Assembly (NCBI GenBank): GCA_965221775.1
Contig: CBDCSU010000005.1
Coordinates: 960,001 to 1,024,000 of the forward strand
Length of the DNA: 64,000 bases
Direction: 5' to 3'
Source: Candidatus Latescibacterota bacterium
GTDB taxonomy: Bacteria > Latescibacterota > UBA2968 > UBA8231
The notes below the pieces were generated by a model. That model was not told the origin of the DNA. It searched no databases and saw nothing but the letters and a program-made list of their open reading frames with translations. Of this stretch, positions 26,370-36,067 are shown piece by piece (positions within the stretch are counted from its first letter, which is position 1; the number at the start of each line of letters is the position of its first letter). The translations under genes were made by a program, and so were the position numbers.

Positions 26370-29300
26370 AGCCCGGAATCCTGAGAGTCGCCGTCCCTTT
26401 CCTTGCCGTTGTCGGGTCACTGTCCAGCCGGCCGGCCGGAGCGGAGTTCCTTCTTGAGGGGCGCGTGAGCATGCCCTCCGGGGCCCCGGCTCCCGGTGCC
26501 CGGGTGATGCTCTTCGACCTGTCGGAGTTTCGACTATTGGCCGGGACCACAACGGACGCAACCGGCCGCTTCTCCATTTCCCAAGAGGCCCTGGGCCCAT
26601 CCGCCCTCCCGGACCAGTTCTCCCTCGGCCCGAACTACCCCAACCCCTTCAACCCCTCCACCATCATCCCCTATCAACTGCCGGTGGCGGCGCACGTGCG
26701 CTTGCAGGTCTTCAACCTCCTGGGCCAGCGCATTGCCACGCTGGTGGACGGGGAGCAGCCCGCCGGCTTTCACAGCGCCCGCTGGGACGGCACCGATGCC
26801 GCAGGCCGTGCCGTGGGGGCCGGGGTATACCTCTACCGGCTGCAGAGCGGCTCCCGGGTTGCCACCGAACGCATGGTGCTGGTGGACGGGCAGGCCGGGA
26901 TTCCCGCGCCTTGGGTGGGCCACACCCCTGCCCGTGGGCCCCAGGCCCTCGGGGAGGGCACCTACGTCCATGGTCTGACCGTTTCCGGTCCGGGCTTGCT
27001 CACCTATGTGGAACCGGCCTTCCGAGTGGGAACCGGCATGGTGCCTGTAGACCTCGTACTCGAAGAGGCAGCAGGCCGGGGCCCAAGAGGAAAAGCCGCC
27101 CAGAGCGGCGTGCCGGGAGACGTGGACAACAACGGCCGCGTCGATCTCGTGGACGCCCTGCTGGTGGCCACGTACATCGCCGACAACTCCGTCACCATGC
27201 CCAACAACGGGGATATCTCCCAGGCCGACATGAACGGCGACGGCCAGATCGACTATGTCGACGTCTGGCTCATCGCCACGCAGTTCGTGCTTCAGCAGAT
27301 CGGGGAACAGGACGGTATAGATGCCGGGCCCTCAAGGATGTACTGGGTGGACCGGGGCACGCACAGGGTCCAGCGCGCCAACCTCGACGGGTCCAACGTG
27401 GAGAGCCTGGTCACCACCGGCTTGAGCGCCCCCAGGGATTTGGCCCTGGATGTGGCCGCGGGAAAGATGTACTGGACCGATGACGGCACGGACCGGATTC
27501 AGCGCGCCAACCTCGATGGGTCCCAGGTCGAGAATCTCGTCGCCGCCGGGTTGGCCGGACCTGCAGGACTGGCATTGGATGCGGCCGCCGGCTGGATGTA
27601 CTGGACGGATGAGAGGACCGGGAAGGTCCAACGAGCCAGCCTTGACGGATCAGGCGTGGAGGACCTCGTCACGGGACTTGGCACCCCCCAGGGGCTGGCC
27701 CTGGACGTGGCCGCCGGCAGGATGTACTGGTCCGACGCCGGCACAGACAAGATCCAGCGCGCCAACCTCGACGGATCCAGCGTCGAAGACCTCGTCACGG
27801 GACTGGGCAACCCCCAGGGGCTGGCCCTGGACGTGGCCGCCGGCAGGATGTACTGGTCCGACTCGGGCACAGACAAGATCCAGCGCGCCAACCTCGACGG
27901 ATCCAATGTCGAGGACCTCGTCACATCGGGATTGAGTCTCCCGGAGGGACTGGCCTTGGATACGGCGGCCGGGAAGATGTACTGGACGGACTCGGGCACG
28001 GACAGGATTCGACGGGCCGACCTCGACGGCTCCAATGTCGAGAATCTCGTGATCACCGGCCTGAGCGGGACCGGCGGGCTGGCGCTGGAGATCGCGGGCG
28101 CTGAGACCCCTGCTGCCACACTGTCGCCGGACCCCTCTTCAGTGGAGTTCCTGGACGACGGGACCTGGCACGCCTTTACCGTCCGGGCCGATGGGCCGGT
28201 CGAGGTCGTGGCCAATCCCACCGGCACCACCCCGAGGGTTGAGATCACCGGCACCAGCGGAGATTCCAACCGATGCCCCGCCGTGGCCGAGGACGGCGTC
28301 ACCCGCGAGGACAACGATACCATCTATCTGTCCGGGTGCTCCGCCGGGCAGGCCAGGGTGGAGCTTCGGAGCACCTCGGACCAGACCCTCCTCCGGACCT
28401 ATACCTTCACCATCGAGGAGCCGCCCACGGCCACCACGGGACCCGGCATCGCCGCCATCTACTGGACCGACGGCGACAAGATCCAGCGCGCCGATGCCGA
28501 CGGCGGCAACGTGGAAGACCTCGTCACCTTCGGCTCGCCCCGGAGCCTGGCCCTCGACGTGCTGGAGGGCAAGATCTACTGGTCCGACCAGGACTCCCGC
28601 TGGATCTGGCGCGCCAACCTCGACGGATCGGACACCGAGGCAGTCGTCACGGCCCGCCTGATTCGCCCCGTTGCCATCGCCCTGGACCTGGCGCGAGATC
28701 AGATCTACTGGACCGACGCCGGATCCAACAAGATCCAGCGGGCCAATCTCGACGGCTCCCGCGTCCAGACCCTGGTTTCCGTCGGCCTGCACAGCCCCGA
28801 GGGCATCGCGCTGGACGTGGACGGGGGCAAGGTCTACTGGTCCGACTACGGCACCAACAAGATCCAGCGGGCCAACCTCGACGGCTCCAACGTCGAGGAT
28901 CTGGTCTCCACCGGACTGAAGATCCCCGGGGAGCTGGCCCTCGACTTGGCGGCCGGCAAGATCTACTGGACGGACTACGGCACCGACAAGATCCAGCGGG
29001 CGGACCTGGACGGATCCAACGTCGAAGACCTCGTCACCACGGGACTGAGAATCGCCAAGGGGCTGGCTCTGGATGTGGCCGCGGGCAAGATCTACTGGGC
29101 CGATTCGGGGACCGGCAAGGTCCAGCGGGCCAACCTCGACGGGTCCGAGGTCGAAGACGTTGTGACCCGCCCGGGCGGCACTCCCGCCAGCGTCGCCCTG
29201 GCCAGTCCCGCCGCCTCCCTGTCGCCAAGTCCCTCCTCCATCATTCTGCCCCGGCAGGGGACTTGGCGCCGCTTCGAGGTCCAGGCCACCGAGCCCGTCA

Positions 29301-30298
29301 CCATAGTGGCCAACCCCACCGGGGCCCAGGCCCGCATCCTGGTTACCCAGTCCCAAGGGGCAGCCCTCGAGTGCCCGGCGCAACCGGAAGCCACCATCAC
29401 CCGCTACGACGGCCAAGCCGTCTACTTGGCCGCCTGCGAGACCGGGGAGGGAAGATTGGAGCTGCGCAGGGCGTCGGACCAGGCGGTCCTTCGGACCTAC
29501 ACCGTACAGGTATCGGCCAAGTTGAAGATCTACTGGACGGACGCGGATGCGGACAAGATCCAGCGGGCGGATCTCGATGGATCCAATGTCGAAGACCTCG
29601 TCACTACCGGACTGAACCATCCTATTGGGCTGGCACTCGATGCCGTGAATGGCAAGATGTATTGGGCCGGGTACCGCGCACGCAAGATTCGGCGAGCCGA
29701 TCTGGACGGGTCCAATGTGGAAGACCTCGTCGACCTCGGTGTGGAACAACCCGTGGGGATGACTCTGGATGTGGCTGGAGGCAAGATGTACTGGACCAAC
29801 TGGAACGGACAGAAGATCCAGCGGGCCAACCTTGACGGGTCCCATGTGGAAGATCTCGTGACCAGTGGACTCTTCGCGACACACGGCCTCGTCCTGGATC
29901 TGTCGGAGGGGAAGATGTACTGGACGGAGGTTGGTGGAGACAGGATCCGACGGGCCAACCTCGATGGGTCCAATGTGGAAGACCTGATCACCAGAGGACT
30001 GAGGGATCCAAGAGAGATCGTCCTGGATCTTGCGGGCGGCAAGATGTACTGGGCGGAGCAGGGCTCGCGCAGAATCCGCCGCGCCAACCTCGACGGATCG
30101 AATATCGAAGATCTCATCACCGGACTGAGCAGTCCGGAAGGGCTCGACCTGGATGTCGCCCTCGGCAAGATGTACTGGACTGATGTCCGCACCGACAAGA
30201 TCCAGAGAGCCAACCTCGACGGGTCTGAGGTCGAGGATCTCGTGACTACCGGACTGGAGTTCGCCCGCGACTTGGTCCTCTTGGACTCAACGGACTGA
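26366..30298 (+). CDS. Secreted 1310-aa protein: signal peptide, FlgD-Ig/T9SS-like domain, dockerin-like domain, three 6-bladed YWTD (LDL-receptor class B) propellers
   Basis: NYPNPFNPST...WDGTD..G..V..GVYLYRL; GDVDNNGRVDLVD/DMNGDGQIDYVD; 18 [MIV]YW repeats with IQRANLDGS; ATGA overlap with GT4. Confidence 0.88.
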   Translation: MKPGILRVAVPFLAVVGSLSSRPAGAEFLLEGRVSMPSGAPAPGARVMLFDLSEFRLLAGTTTDATGRFSISQEALGPSALPDQFSLGPNYPNPFNPSTIIPYQLPVAAHVRLQVFNLLGQRIATLVDGEQPAGFHSARWDGTDAAGRAVGAGVYLYRLQSGSRVATERMVLVDGQAGIPAPWVGHTPARGPQALGEGTYVHGLTVSGPGLLTYVEPAFRVGTGMVPVDLVLEEAAGRGPRGKAAQSGVPGDVDNNGRVDLVDALLVATYIADNSVTMPNNGDISQADMNGDGQIDYVDVWLIATQFVLQQIGEQDGIDAGPSRMYWVDRGTHRVQRANLDGSNVESLVTTGLSAPRDLALDVAAGKMYWTDDGTDRIQRANLDGSQVENLVAAGLAGPAGLALDAAAGWMYWTDERTGKVQRASLDGSGVEDLVTGLGTPQGLALDVAAGRMYWSDAGTDKIQRANLDGSSVEDLVTGLGNPQGLALDVAAGRMYWSDSGTDKIQRANLDGSNVEDLVTSGLSLPEGLALDTAAGKMYWTDSGTDRIRRADLDGSNVENLVITGLSGTGGLALEIAGAETPAATLSPDPSSVEFLDDGTWHAFTVRADGPVEVVANPTGTTPRVEITGTSGDSNRCPAVAEDGVTREDNDTIYLSGCSAGQARVELRSTSDQTLLRTYTFTIEEPPTATTGPGIAAIYWTDGDKIQRADADGGNVEDLVTFGSPRSLALDVLEGKIYWSDQDSRWIWRANLDGSDTEAVVTARLIRPVAIALDLARDQIYWTDAGSNKIQRANLDGSRVQTLVSVGLHSPEGIALDVDGGKVYWSDYGTNKIQRANLDGSNVEDLVSTGLKIPGELALDLAAGKIYWTDYGTDKIQRADLDGSNVEDLVTTGLRIAKGLALDVAAGKIYWADSGTGKVQRANLDGSEVEDVVTRPGGTPASVALASPAASLSPSPSSIILPRQGTWRRFEVQATEPVTIVANPTGAQARILVTQSQGAALECPAQPEATITRYDGQAVYLAACETGEGRLELRRASDQAVLRTYTVQVSAKLKIYWTDADADKIQRADLDGSNVEDLVTTGLNHPIGLALDAVNGKMYWAGYRARKIRRADLDGSNVEDLVDLGVEQPVGMTLDVAGGKMYWTNWNGQKIQRANLDGSHVEDLVTSGLFATHGLVLDLSEGKMYWTEVGGDRIRRANLDGSNVEDLITRGLRDPREIVLDLAGGKMYWAEQGSRRIRRANLDGSNIEDLITGLSSPEGLDLDVALGKMYWTDVRTDKIQRANLDGSEVEDLVTTGLEFARDLVLLDSTD
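27654..27905 (+). repeat. Near-identical 126-bp tandem duplication (two propeller blades)
   Basis: 27654-27779 and 27780-27905 differ at only a few positions. Confidence 0.85.
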
Positions 30299-30341
30299 AG
30301 ACGTTGCCGACTGGGCGAGCCATGGATGAACGGAGTGGAGC

Positions 30342-33300
30342 ATGGATGCTGGAGCCTTGAAACGCGTCCTCAGCTGTATTGCCGTCCTTGGATGGGCATC
30401 GAGCCTGCCGGCGGGGTCCGATCCCCTGCTCGAGGGCCAGGTGCGCCTGCCTTCCGGGGACCGGGTCCCCGGCGCCCGGGTGATGCTCTTCGATCTGGCC
30501 GAGTACCGTCTTCTAGGCAGCACCGCAACGGACCGGGCCGGCAGATTCACGCTGTCACTTGAAACGGCTCTGGAGACGTCCCCCCTGCCCGGACGATTCT
30601 CTCTCGGCCCGAACTATCCCAACCCCTTCAACCCCTCCACCATCATTCCCTATCAGCTGCCGGTCTCCGCTCACGTGCGCCTGGAGGTCTTCAATCTCCT
30701 CGGTCAGCGGATCGCCACCTTGGTGGATAGGGAGCAGCCCGCCGGCTTCCACAGCGCCCGCTGGGACGGCACCGACGCCGCGGGACGGGCCGTGGGGGCC
30801 GGGGTCTATCTCTACCGGCTGGCAAGCGGGCAGACGGTGGCCACCGAACGCATGGTGCTGATTGACGGGCAGGCCGGGATCCCGGCCCCGGAGGTGGCTC
30901 CGCACGCAGGAGTTGCCCTTGGCGCTGAGCCCTCGACGACGGGCCTGGGCGTCTATGGTCTGACCGTCTTTGCACCGGGCCTGGTTTCCCACGTGGACCC
31001 GGCTCTTGAGCTTCCGGCTGTATCGGGCCCCTTGGACCTCGTCCTCCTGGAGATGGGGAACATCCCAAGGGAGAAGGTCGCCCAGAGCGGGGTGCCGGGC
31101 GACGTGGACAACAACGGCCGGGTCGATATTGTGGACGCCCTGCTTGTGGCCACCTACATCGCCGACGGCTCCGTGACAATGCCCAACAACGGGGACGTCT
31201 CGCAGGGAGACATGAACGATGACGGCCGGATCGACTACGTCGACGTCTGGCTCATTGTCACCCAGTTCGTGCTCCAACAGATCGGCGGGCAGCAGCTCCC
31301 AGACGCCGGGCCCTCCAGGATGTACTGGCTGGACCGGGGCACGGACAGGATCCAGCGAGCCAATCTCGACGGGTCCAACGTCGAGAGCCTGGTCACGGCC
31401 GGATTGAGCGGGCCCAAGGAGCTGGCCCTGGATGTGGCCGGAGGCAAGATGTACTGGACCGACGATGGCACGGACAAGATTCAGCGTGCCAACCTCGACG
31501 GGTCCCAGGTGGAGGATCTCGTCACCGTCGGGTTGATCGGACCTGCGGCGCTCGAACTGGACCTGGCAGCGGGCCGGATGTACTGGACCGATCAGAGGAC
31601 CGGGAAGATCCAGCGGGCCAACCTGGACGGCTCCGGCGTGGAGGATCTCGTAGTCGGTCTGAGTGACCCACAGGGACTGGCCTTGGATATCGCCGCCGGA
31701 AGGATGTACTGGACCGACCAGGGGGCGAAGGTGATCCGGCGGGCAAACCTGGATGGATCAGAGATACGGGATCTGGTCACCTCGGGACTTCGCGCTCCCA
31801 CGGCTCTGGTCCTGGATACCGAGAACGGCAAGATGTACTGGACCGACTGGGGTACGGACAGGATTCAACGCGCTGATCTCGATGGGTCCAACGTACAGGA
31901 TCTCGTCTCTACGCGAGGGGACATCCTGCATGGGCTCGCGCTGGACCTGGGGGCCGGCAAGATGTACTGGACCGACCATGACAGGGGCCGGATCCAACGG
32001 GCGAACCTCGACGGGTCCAATGTCGAGGATCTCGTCACTACTGGATTGAGCGAGCCATCGGGACTGGCCTTGGAGATCGCAGGCGCTGAGACCCCCGCTG
32101 CCACGCTGTCGCCGGACCCCTCTTCCGTGGAGTTCCTGGACGACGGCACCTGGCACGCCTTTACCGTCCGGGCCGATGGGCCGGTCGAGGTCGTAGCCAA
32201 TCCCACCGGCACTACCCCGAGGGTTGAGATCACCGGCATCAGCGGAGATTCCAACCGATGCCCTGCCGTTGCCCAGGACGGGATAACCCGCGAGGACACC
32301 GATACCATCTATCTGTCCGGGTGCTCGGCCGGAGGAGCCAAAGTCGAGCTGCGGAGCGCGTCGGACCAGACCCTCCTGCGGACCTACACCTTCACCATCG
32401 AGGAGCCGCCCACGGCCACCACGGGACCCGGCATCGCCGCCATCTACTGGACCGACGGCGACAAGATCCAGCGCGCCGATGCCGACGGCGGCAACGTGGA
32501 AGACCTCGTCACCTTCGGCTCGCCCCGGAGCCTGGCCCTCGACGTGCTGGAGGGCAAGATCTACTGGTCCGACCAGGACTCCCGCTGGATCTGGCGCGCC
32601 AACCTCGACGGATCGGACACCGAGGCGGTCGTCAAGGCCCGCCTGATTCGTCCCGTGGCCATCGCCCTGGACCTGGCGCGAGGTCAGATCTACTGGACCG
32701 ACGCCGGATCCAACAAGATCCAGCGGGCCAACCTCGACGGCTCCCGCGTCCAGACCCTGGTCTCCGTCGGCCTGCACAGCCCCGAGGGCATCGCCCTGGA
32801 CGTGGACGGGGGCAAGGTCTACTGGTCCGACTACGGCACCAACAAGATCCAGCGGGCCAACCTCGACGGATCCAACGTCGAGGATCTGGTCTCCACCGGA
32901 CTGAGAATCCCCGGGGAGCTGGCTCTCGACTTGGCGGCCGGCAAGATCTACTGGACGGACTACGGCACCGACAAGATCCAGCGGGCGGACCTGGACGGAT
33001 CCAACGTCGAAGACCTCGTCACCACGGGACTGAGAATCGCCAAGGGGCTGGCTCTGGATGTGGCCGGGGGCAAGATCTACTGGGCCGATTCGGGGACCGG
33101 CAAGGTCCAGCGGGCCAACCTCGACGGGTCCGAGGTGGAAGACCTCGTCAGCCGCTCGGGCGAGACCCCGGCCAGCCTGGCCTTGGCCAGCCCTATCGCC
33201 TCTCTCTCGCCGAACCTCGCCGCGGTGACGTTGCACCGGTCCGGGACTTGGCGGCGATTCGAGGTGCAGAGCACGGAACCCGTGCTCGTGGTGGCCAACC

Positions 33301-34265
33301 CCACCGGAACGCCGGCTCGGGTCCTGGTAGCGACATCCGGTGGCGCCACTAGCGATTGTCCGGCGCAACCGGAGGACACCGTCACCCGCTACGATGGCCA
33401 AGACGTCTACCTAGCCGCTTGCGAGCCGGGGGAGGCGACGGTGGAACTGCGAAGAGCGTCGGATCAAGCCCTCCTGCGAACCTACACCTTCAGGGTCTCT
33501 GCCAAGTCGAAGATGTACTGGGTTGACGCTGGCACGGACAAGATTCAACGGTCAAACCTCGACGGATCCGCTATCGAGGATCTCATCACCACAGGACTGG
33601 GGGCCCCCATCGATATCGCCCTGGATCTGGCCGGAGGGAGGATGTACTGGATGGATCAGGAAACGGACAAGATACAGCGCGCAGACCTCGACGGCTCCAA
33701 TATCCGAGACCTCATCACAACTGGCTTAGGCTATCCCGTTGGATTGGCCCTGGACCTGCGGGCAGGAAAAATGTACTGGACAGACTTGCATACGGACCGC
33801 ATTCAGCGGACAGATCTCGACGGCTCCAACCTTGAAGTACTGGTCACCGGATTGGGGACGCCCAGAGGGCTGGCCTTGAACACTGCAGCAGGTCACATGT
33901 ATTGGGCAGACCAGGATCCCGATGCCATCCATCGCGCCGATCTCGACGGTTCAAACATCGAAGACCTCGTTACTTTCGGATTGGACAACCCAGATAGACT
34001 GGCCTTGGACCTGCTTGGGGACTGGATCTACTGGACGGATAGCAGAGGCGCCAAGGTCCAGCGGGCAAGGCTTGATGGATCCGAGTTCCAGGACCTCGTC
34101 GTAGGCCTAGGTGAACCCAGAGGACTAGCCCTGGATCTGGAAGCTGGAATGATGTACTGGACTGACATCGGGACGGGCAAGATTCAGCGTGCCAGTCTCG
34201 ACGGGTCAAACGTGCAAGACCTCCTTACGGGCTTGCACATCCCAGTGGCTATCGCCCTGGAATAG
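30342..34265 (+). CDS. Secreted 1307-aa paralog with the same FlgD-Ig/dockerin/3x YWTD-propeller architecture
   Basis: Same domain order and 18 YW repeats; tandem paralog of 26366-30298. Confidence 0.88.
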   Translation: MDAGALKRVLSCIAVLGWASSLPAGSDPLLEGQVRLPSGDRVPGARVMLFDLAEYRLLGSTATDRAGRFTLSLETALETSPLPGRFSLGPNYPNPFNPSTIIPYQLPVSAHVRLEVFNLLGQRIATLVDREQPAGFHSARWDGTDAAGRAVGAGVYLYRLASGQTVATERMVLIDGQAGIPAPEVAPHAGVALGAEPSTTGLGVYGLTVFAPGLVSHVDPALELPAVSGPLDLVLLEMGNIPREKVAQSGVPGDVDNNGRVDIVDALLVATYIADGSVTMPNNGDVSQGDMNDDGRIDYVDVWLIVTQFVLQQIGGQQLPDAGPSRMYWLDRGTDRIQRANLDGSNVESLVTAGLSGPKELALDVAGGKMYWTDDGTDKIQRANLDGSQVEDLVTVGLIGPAALELDLAAGRMYWTDQRTGKIQRANLDGSGVEDLVVGLSDPQGLALDIAAGRMYWTDQGAKVIRRANLDGSEIRDLVTSGLRAPTALVLDTENGKMYWTDWGTDRIQRADLDGSNVQDLVSTRGDILHGLALDLGAGKMYWTDHDRGRIQRANLDGSNVEDLVTTGLSEPSGLALEIAGAETPAATLSPDPSSVEFLDDGTWHAFTVRADGPVEVVANPTGTTPRVEITGISGDSNRCPAVAQDGITREDTDTIYLSGCSAGGAKVELRSASDQTLLRTYTFTIEEPPTATTGPGIAAIYWTDGDKIQRADADGGNVEDLVTFGSPRSLALDVLEGKIYWSDQDSRWIWRANLDGSDTEAVVKARLIRPVAIALDLARGQIYWTDAGSNKIQRANLDGSRVQTLVSVGLHSPEGIALDVDGGKVYWSDYGTNKIQRANLDGSNVEDLVSTGLRIPGELALDLAAGKIYWTDYGTDKIQRADLDGSNVEDLVTTGLRIAKGLALDVAGGKIYWADSGTGKVQRANLDGSEVEDLVSRSGETPASLALASPIASLSPNLAAVTLHRSGTWRRFEVQSTEPVLVVANPTGTPARVLVATSGGATSDCPAQPEDTVTRYDGQDVYLAACEPGEATVELRRASDQALLRTYTFRVSAKSKMYWVDAGTDKIQRSNLDGSAIEDLITTGLGAPIDIALDLAGGRMYWMDQETDKIQRADLDGSNIRDLITTGLGYPVGLALDLRAGKMYWTDLHTDRIQRTDLDGSNLEVLVTGLGTPRGLALNTAAGHMYWADQDPDAIHRADLDGSNIEDLVTFGLDNPDRLALDLLGDWIYWTDSRGAKVQRARLDGSEFQDLVVGLGEPRGLALDLEAGMMYWTDIGTGKIQRASLDGSNVQDLLTGLHIPVAIALE
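32071..33143 (+). repeat. Near-identical ~1.07-kb copy of 28086-29158 (linker plus middle propeller)
   Basis: Constant offset of 3985 nt, with long runs identical even at synonymous sites. Confidence 0.85.
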
Positions 34266-34280
34266 CGTCCCTTCCACCCG

Positions 34281-35039
34281 TCATTGGGATGCAAGGTCCG
34301 GGCAGGCGAAGGTCACTTTGCATCCTGCCGCATGCACCGGGACATATGACTCCTCACTGAATCTCCTGACAATGCCCCTCAATCGTCCCGTGGCCTCGCC
34401 ATCCATGGGCGAGTGCAACTCGTCGAAGGTGATGCACACCACATCGGGCTTGATGCCCCTGTCGAACATCGCCCCCAATACCTCGTACTCGGCCCCCTCG
34501 ATATTCAGCTTCACGAAGGATACCGCCCCAAGGCCGAGCCGGCCCAGGATCTCCTCGGGGGAGAGACACTCCGCCTCGAAGTAGTCGCTGGTGTCCTGCA
34601 GGTTGACGATGGAGTGGCTCACGTGGGCCGGGTCCGAGGGCGCGTAGAACCTCTCCGTCCTGCACTCCGACCACACGCCGTAAGGATGGATGAAGAGCCG
34701 CCCTGCGCATTCGCCATCGGCCTCCGCCATGACGCCCGTGCAGTACTCCACGGCCCTCGGCGTCGGGTCGTAGATGTGGACCGTGGCCCCGAGTTCGCTT
34801 GCGAGTTTGACTTCGAAGCTGATGTCCTCGCCGGCGCCGAAGCTCAATCCGGTGCGTCCCCGAACCAGCTCGGCAGGAACGGCGTACCCCCCGTAGGCGG
34901 AGCCCAGGTAGACGACGCCCGGCATCCTTGCCAGCCTGCGAACCCCGATGCGCCTCATGCGCACTCGGCTGCGCAGCGAGCGCAAGGCCTCGCGGACTGC
35001 CTTCGGAAGCACCCGTCTCAGTATGGCTCGTGCGTCCAT
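34281..35039 (-). CDS. FkbM family methyltransferase
   Basis: LGSAYGGY, SFGAGEDISFE, YDPTP, VKLNIEGAEY. Confidence 0.85.
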   Translation of the reverse strand: MDARAILRRVLPKAVREALRSLRSRVRMRRIGVRRLARMPGVVYLGSAYGGYAVPAELVRGRTGLSFGAGEDISFEVKLASELGATVHIYDPTPRAVEYCTGVMAEADGECAGRLFIHPYGVWSECRTERFYAPSDPAHVSHSIVNLQDTSDYFEAECLSPEEILGRLGLGAVSFVKLNIEGAEYEVLGAMFDRGIKPDVVCITFDELHSPMDGEATGRLRGIVRRFSEESYVPVHAAGCKVTFACPDLASQ

Positions 35040-35048
35040 GTGAGCGCC

Positions 35049-36008
35049 CTACCGCGCCCCTCCCCCCCTGAACCACTCCACCGTCCGCCCCATCCCCTCC
35101 ATCAGCGAGATCCCCGGCCGCCAACCCAGGTCCCCCTCCGCCGCGGCGACGTCCAGCCAGATCCTGGGGATGTCCCCGGGCCGCGGCGGGCCGTGGACCG
35201 CGCCGCCGTGGTCCGGGATCAACTCACATAGCGAGGCATGCAGCTGATTCACCGAAACGGCCGTCCCCGTGCCGAGGTTGTACGGCCCCGGCCGCCCGGA
35301 GCGGTACACCGCCAGCGCTCCTTCCACCAGGTCCGACACGTAGATGTAGTCGCGCACGTCCTCGCCGTCGCCGAAGATCGTCACCTGCCGGCCTGCGAGC
35401 ATGGCCTGCGCGAAGATGGCGATGACCCCGGCCTCTCCATGGGGATCCTGGCGCGGGCCGTAGACGTTGGAGGGCCGCACGATCCCGTAGTCGATTCCAT
35501 GGAGATGGCCGTAGACCCGAAGGTAGGTCTCCACCGCCAGCTTCGAGGCTCCGTAAGGCGACAGAGGTCTCGCGTCCATCGACTCTCGCGCCGGCAGTTC
35601 TTCCTCGCCGAGGTCGCCGTAGATGCCGCCGCCGGTAGAGAAGAAGATGAACCTCGGCCGGGACTTCAGGGCCACCAGGGCCTGCAGCAGGTTCAGCGTG
35701 CCCATCAGGTTGACCCGGGCGTCGAGTTCGGGGTCCCTGGCCGACACGGCCACGCTGACCTGGGCGGCCAGGTGGAAGACCGCCTTGGGAGCGACCTTCG
35801 CCACGATTCCGCCCACGGAGTCGTCGCCGATGTCCGCCTCGATCAGCTCTGCCGACGGATGGAGGTTGGCGGTATTCCCCGTCTCCAGCGAATCGATGAC
35901 GTGGACCCGGTGCCCGGTCTCGATCAGCCGGTCGACGAGGTGGCTGCCGATGAACCCCGCCCCACCTGTCACCAGGACGTTGCCGGGGGATGAGAGGTCG
36001 CCTGCCAT
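35049..36008 (-). CDS. NAD-dependent epimerase/dehydratase (UDP-glucose 4-epimerase-like)
   Basis: VTGGAGFIGSH, HLAAQ, STGGGIYG, PYGASK, NVYGPRQDPHGEAGV, RDYIYV. Confidence 0.92.
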   Translation of the reverse strand: MAGDLSSPGNVLVTGGAGFIGSHLVDRLIETGHRVHVIDSLETGNTANLHPSAELIEADIGDDSVGGIVAKVAPKAVFHLAAQVSVAVSARDPELDARVNLMGTLNLLQALVALKSRPRFIFFSTGGGIYGDLGEEELPARESMDARPLSPYGASKLAVETYLRVYGHLHGIDYGIVRPSNVYGPRQDPHGEAGVIAIFAQAMLAGRQVTIFGDGEDVRDYIYVSDLVEGALAVYRSGRPGPYNLGTGTAVSVNQLHASLCELIPDHGGAVHGPPRPGDIPRIWLDVAAAEGDLGWRPGISLMEGMGRTVEWFRGGGAR

Positions 36009-36067
36009 GGCGGCTCAACCTAACCCGGCACCTTGTCCTCAGCCAGGGTCCCCGGTAGATTTGGCCC

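Noticed and set aside
27330-34260. Regular ~126-129-bp periodicity resembling a CRISPR array or a DGR template/variable repeat pair
   Set aside because: The repeats are in-frame YWTD blades with no unique spacers; no cas or reverse transcriptase gene is present and I saw no adenine-specific mismatch pattern.
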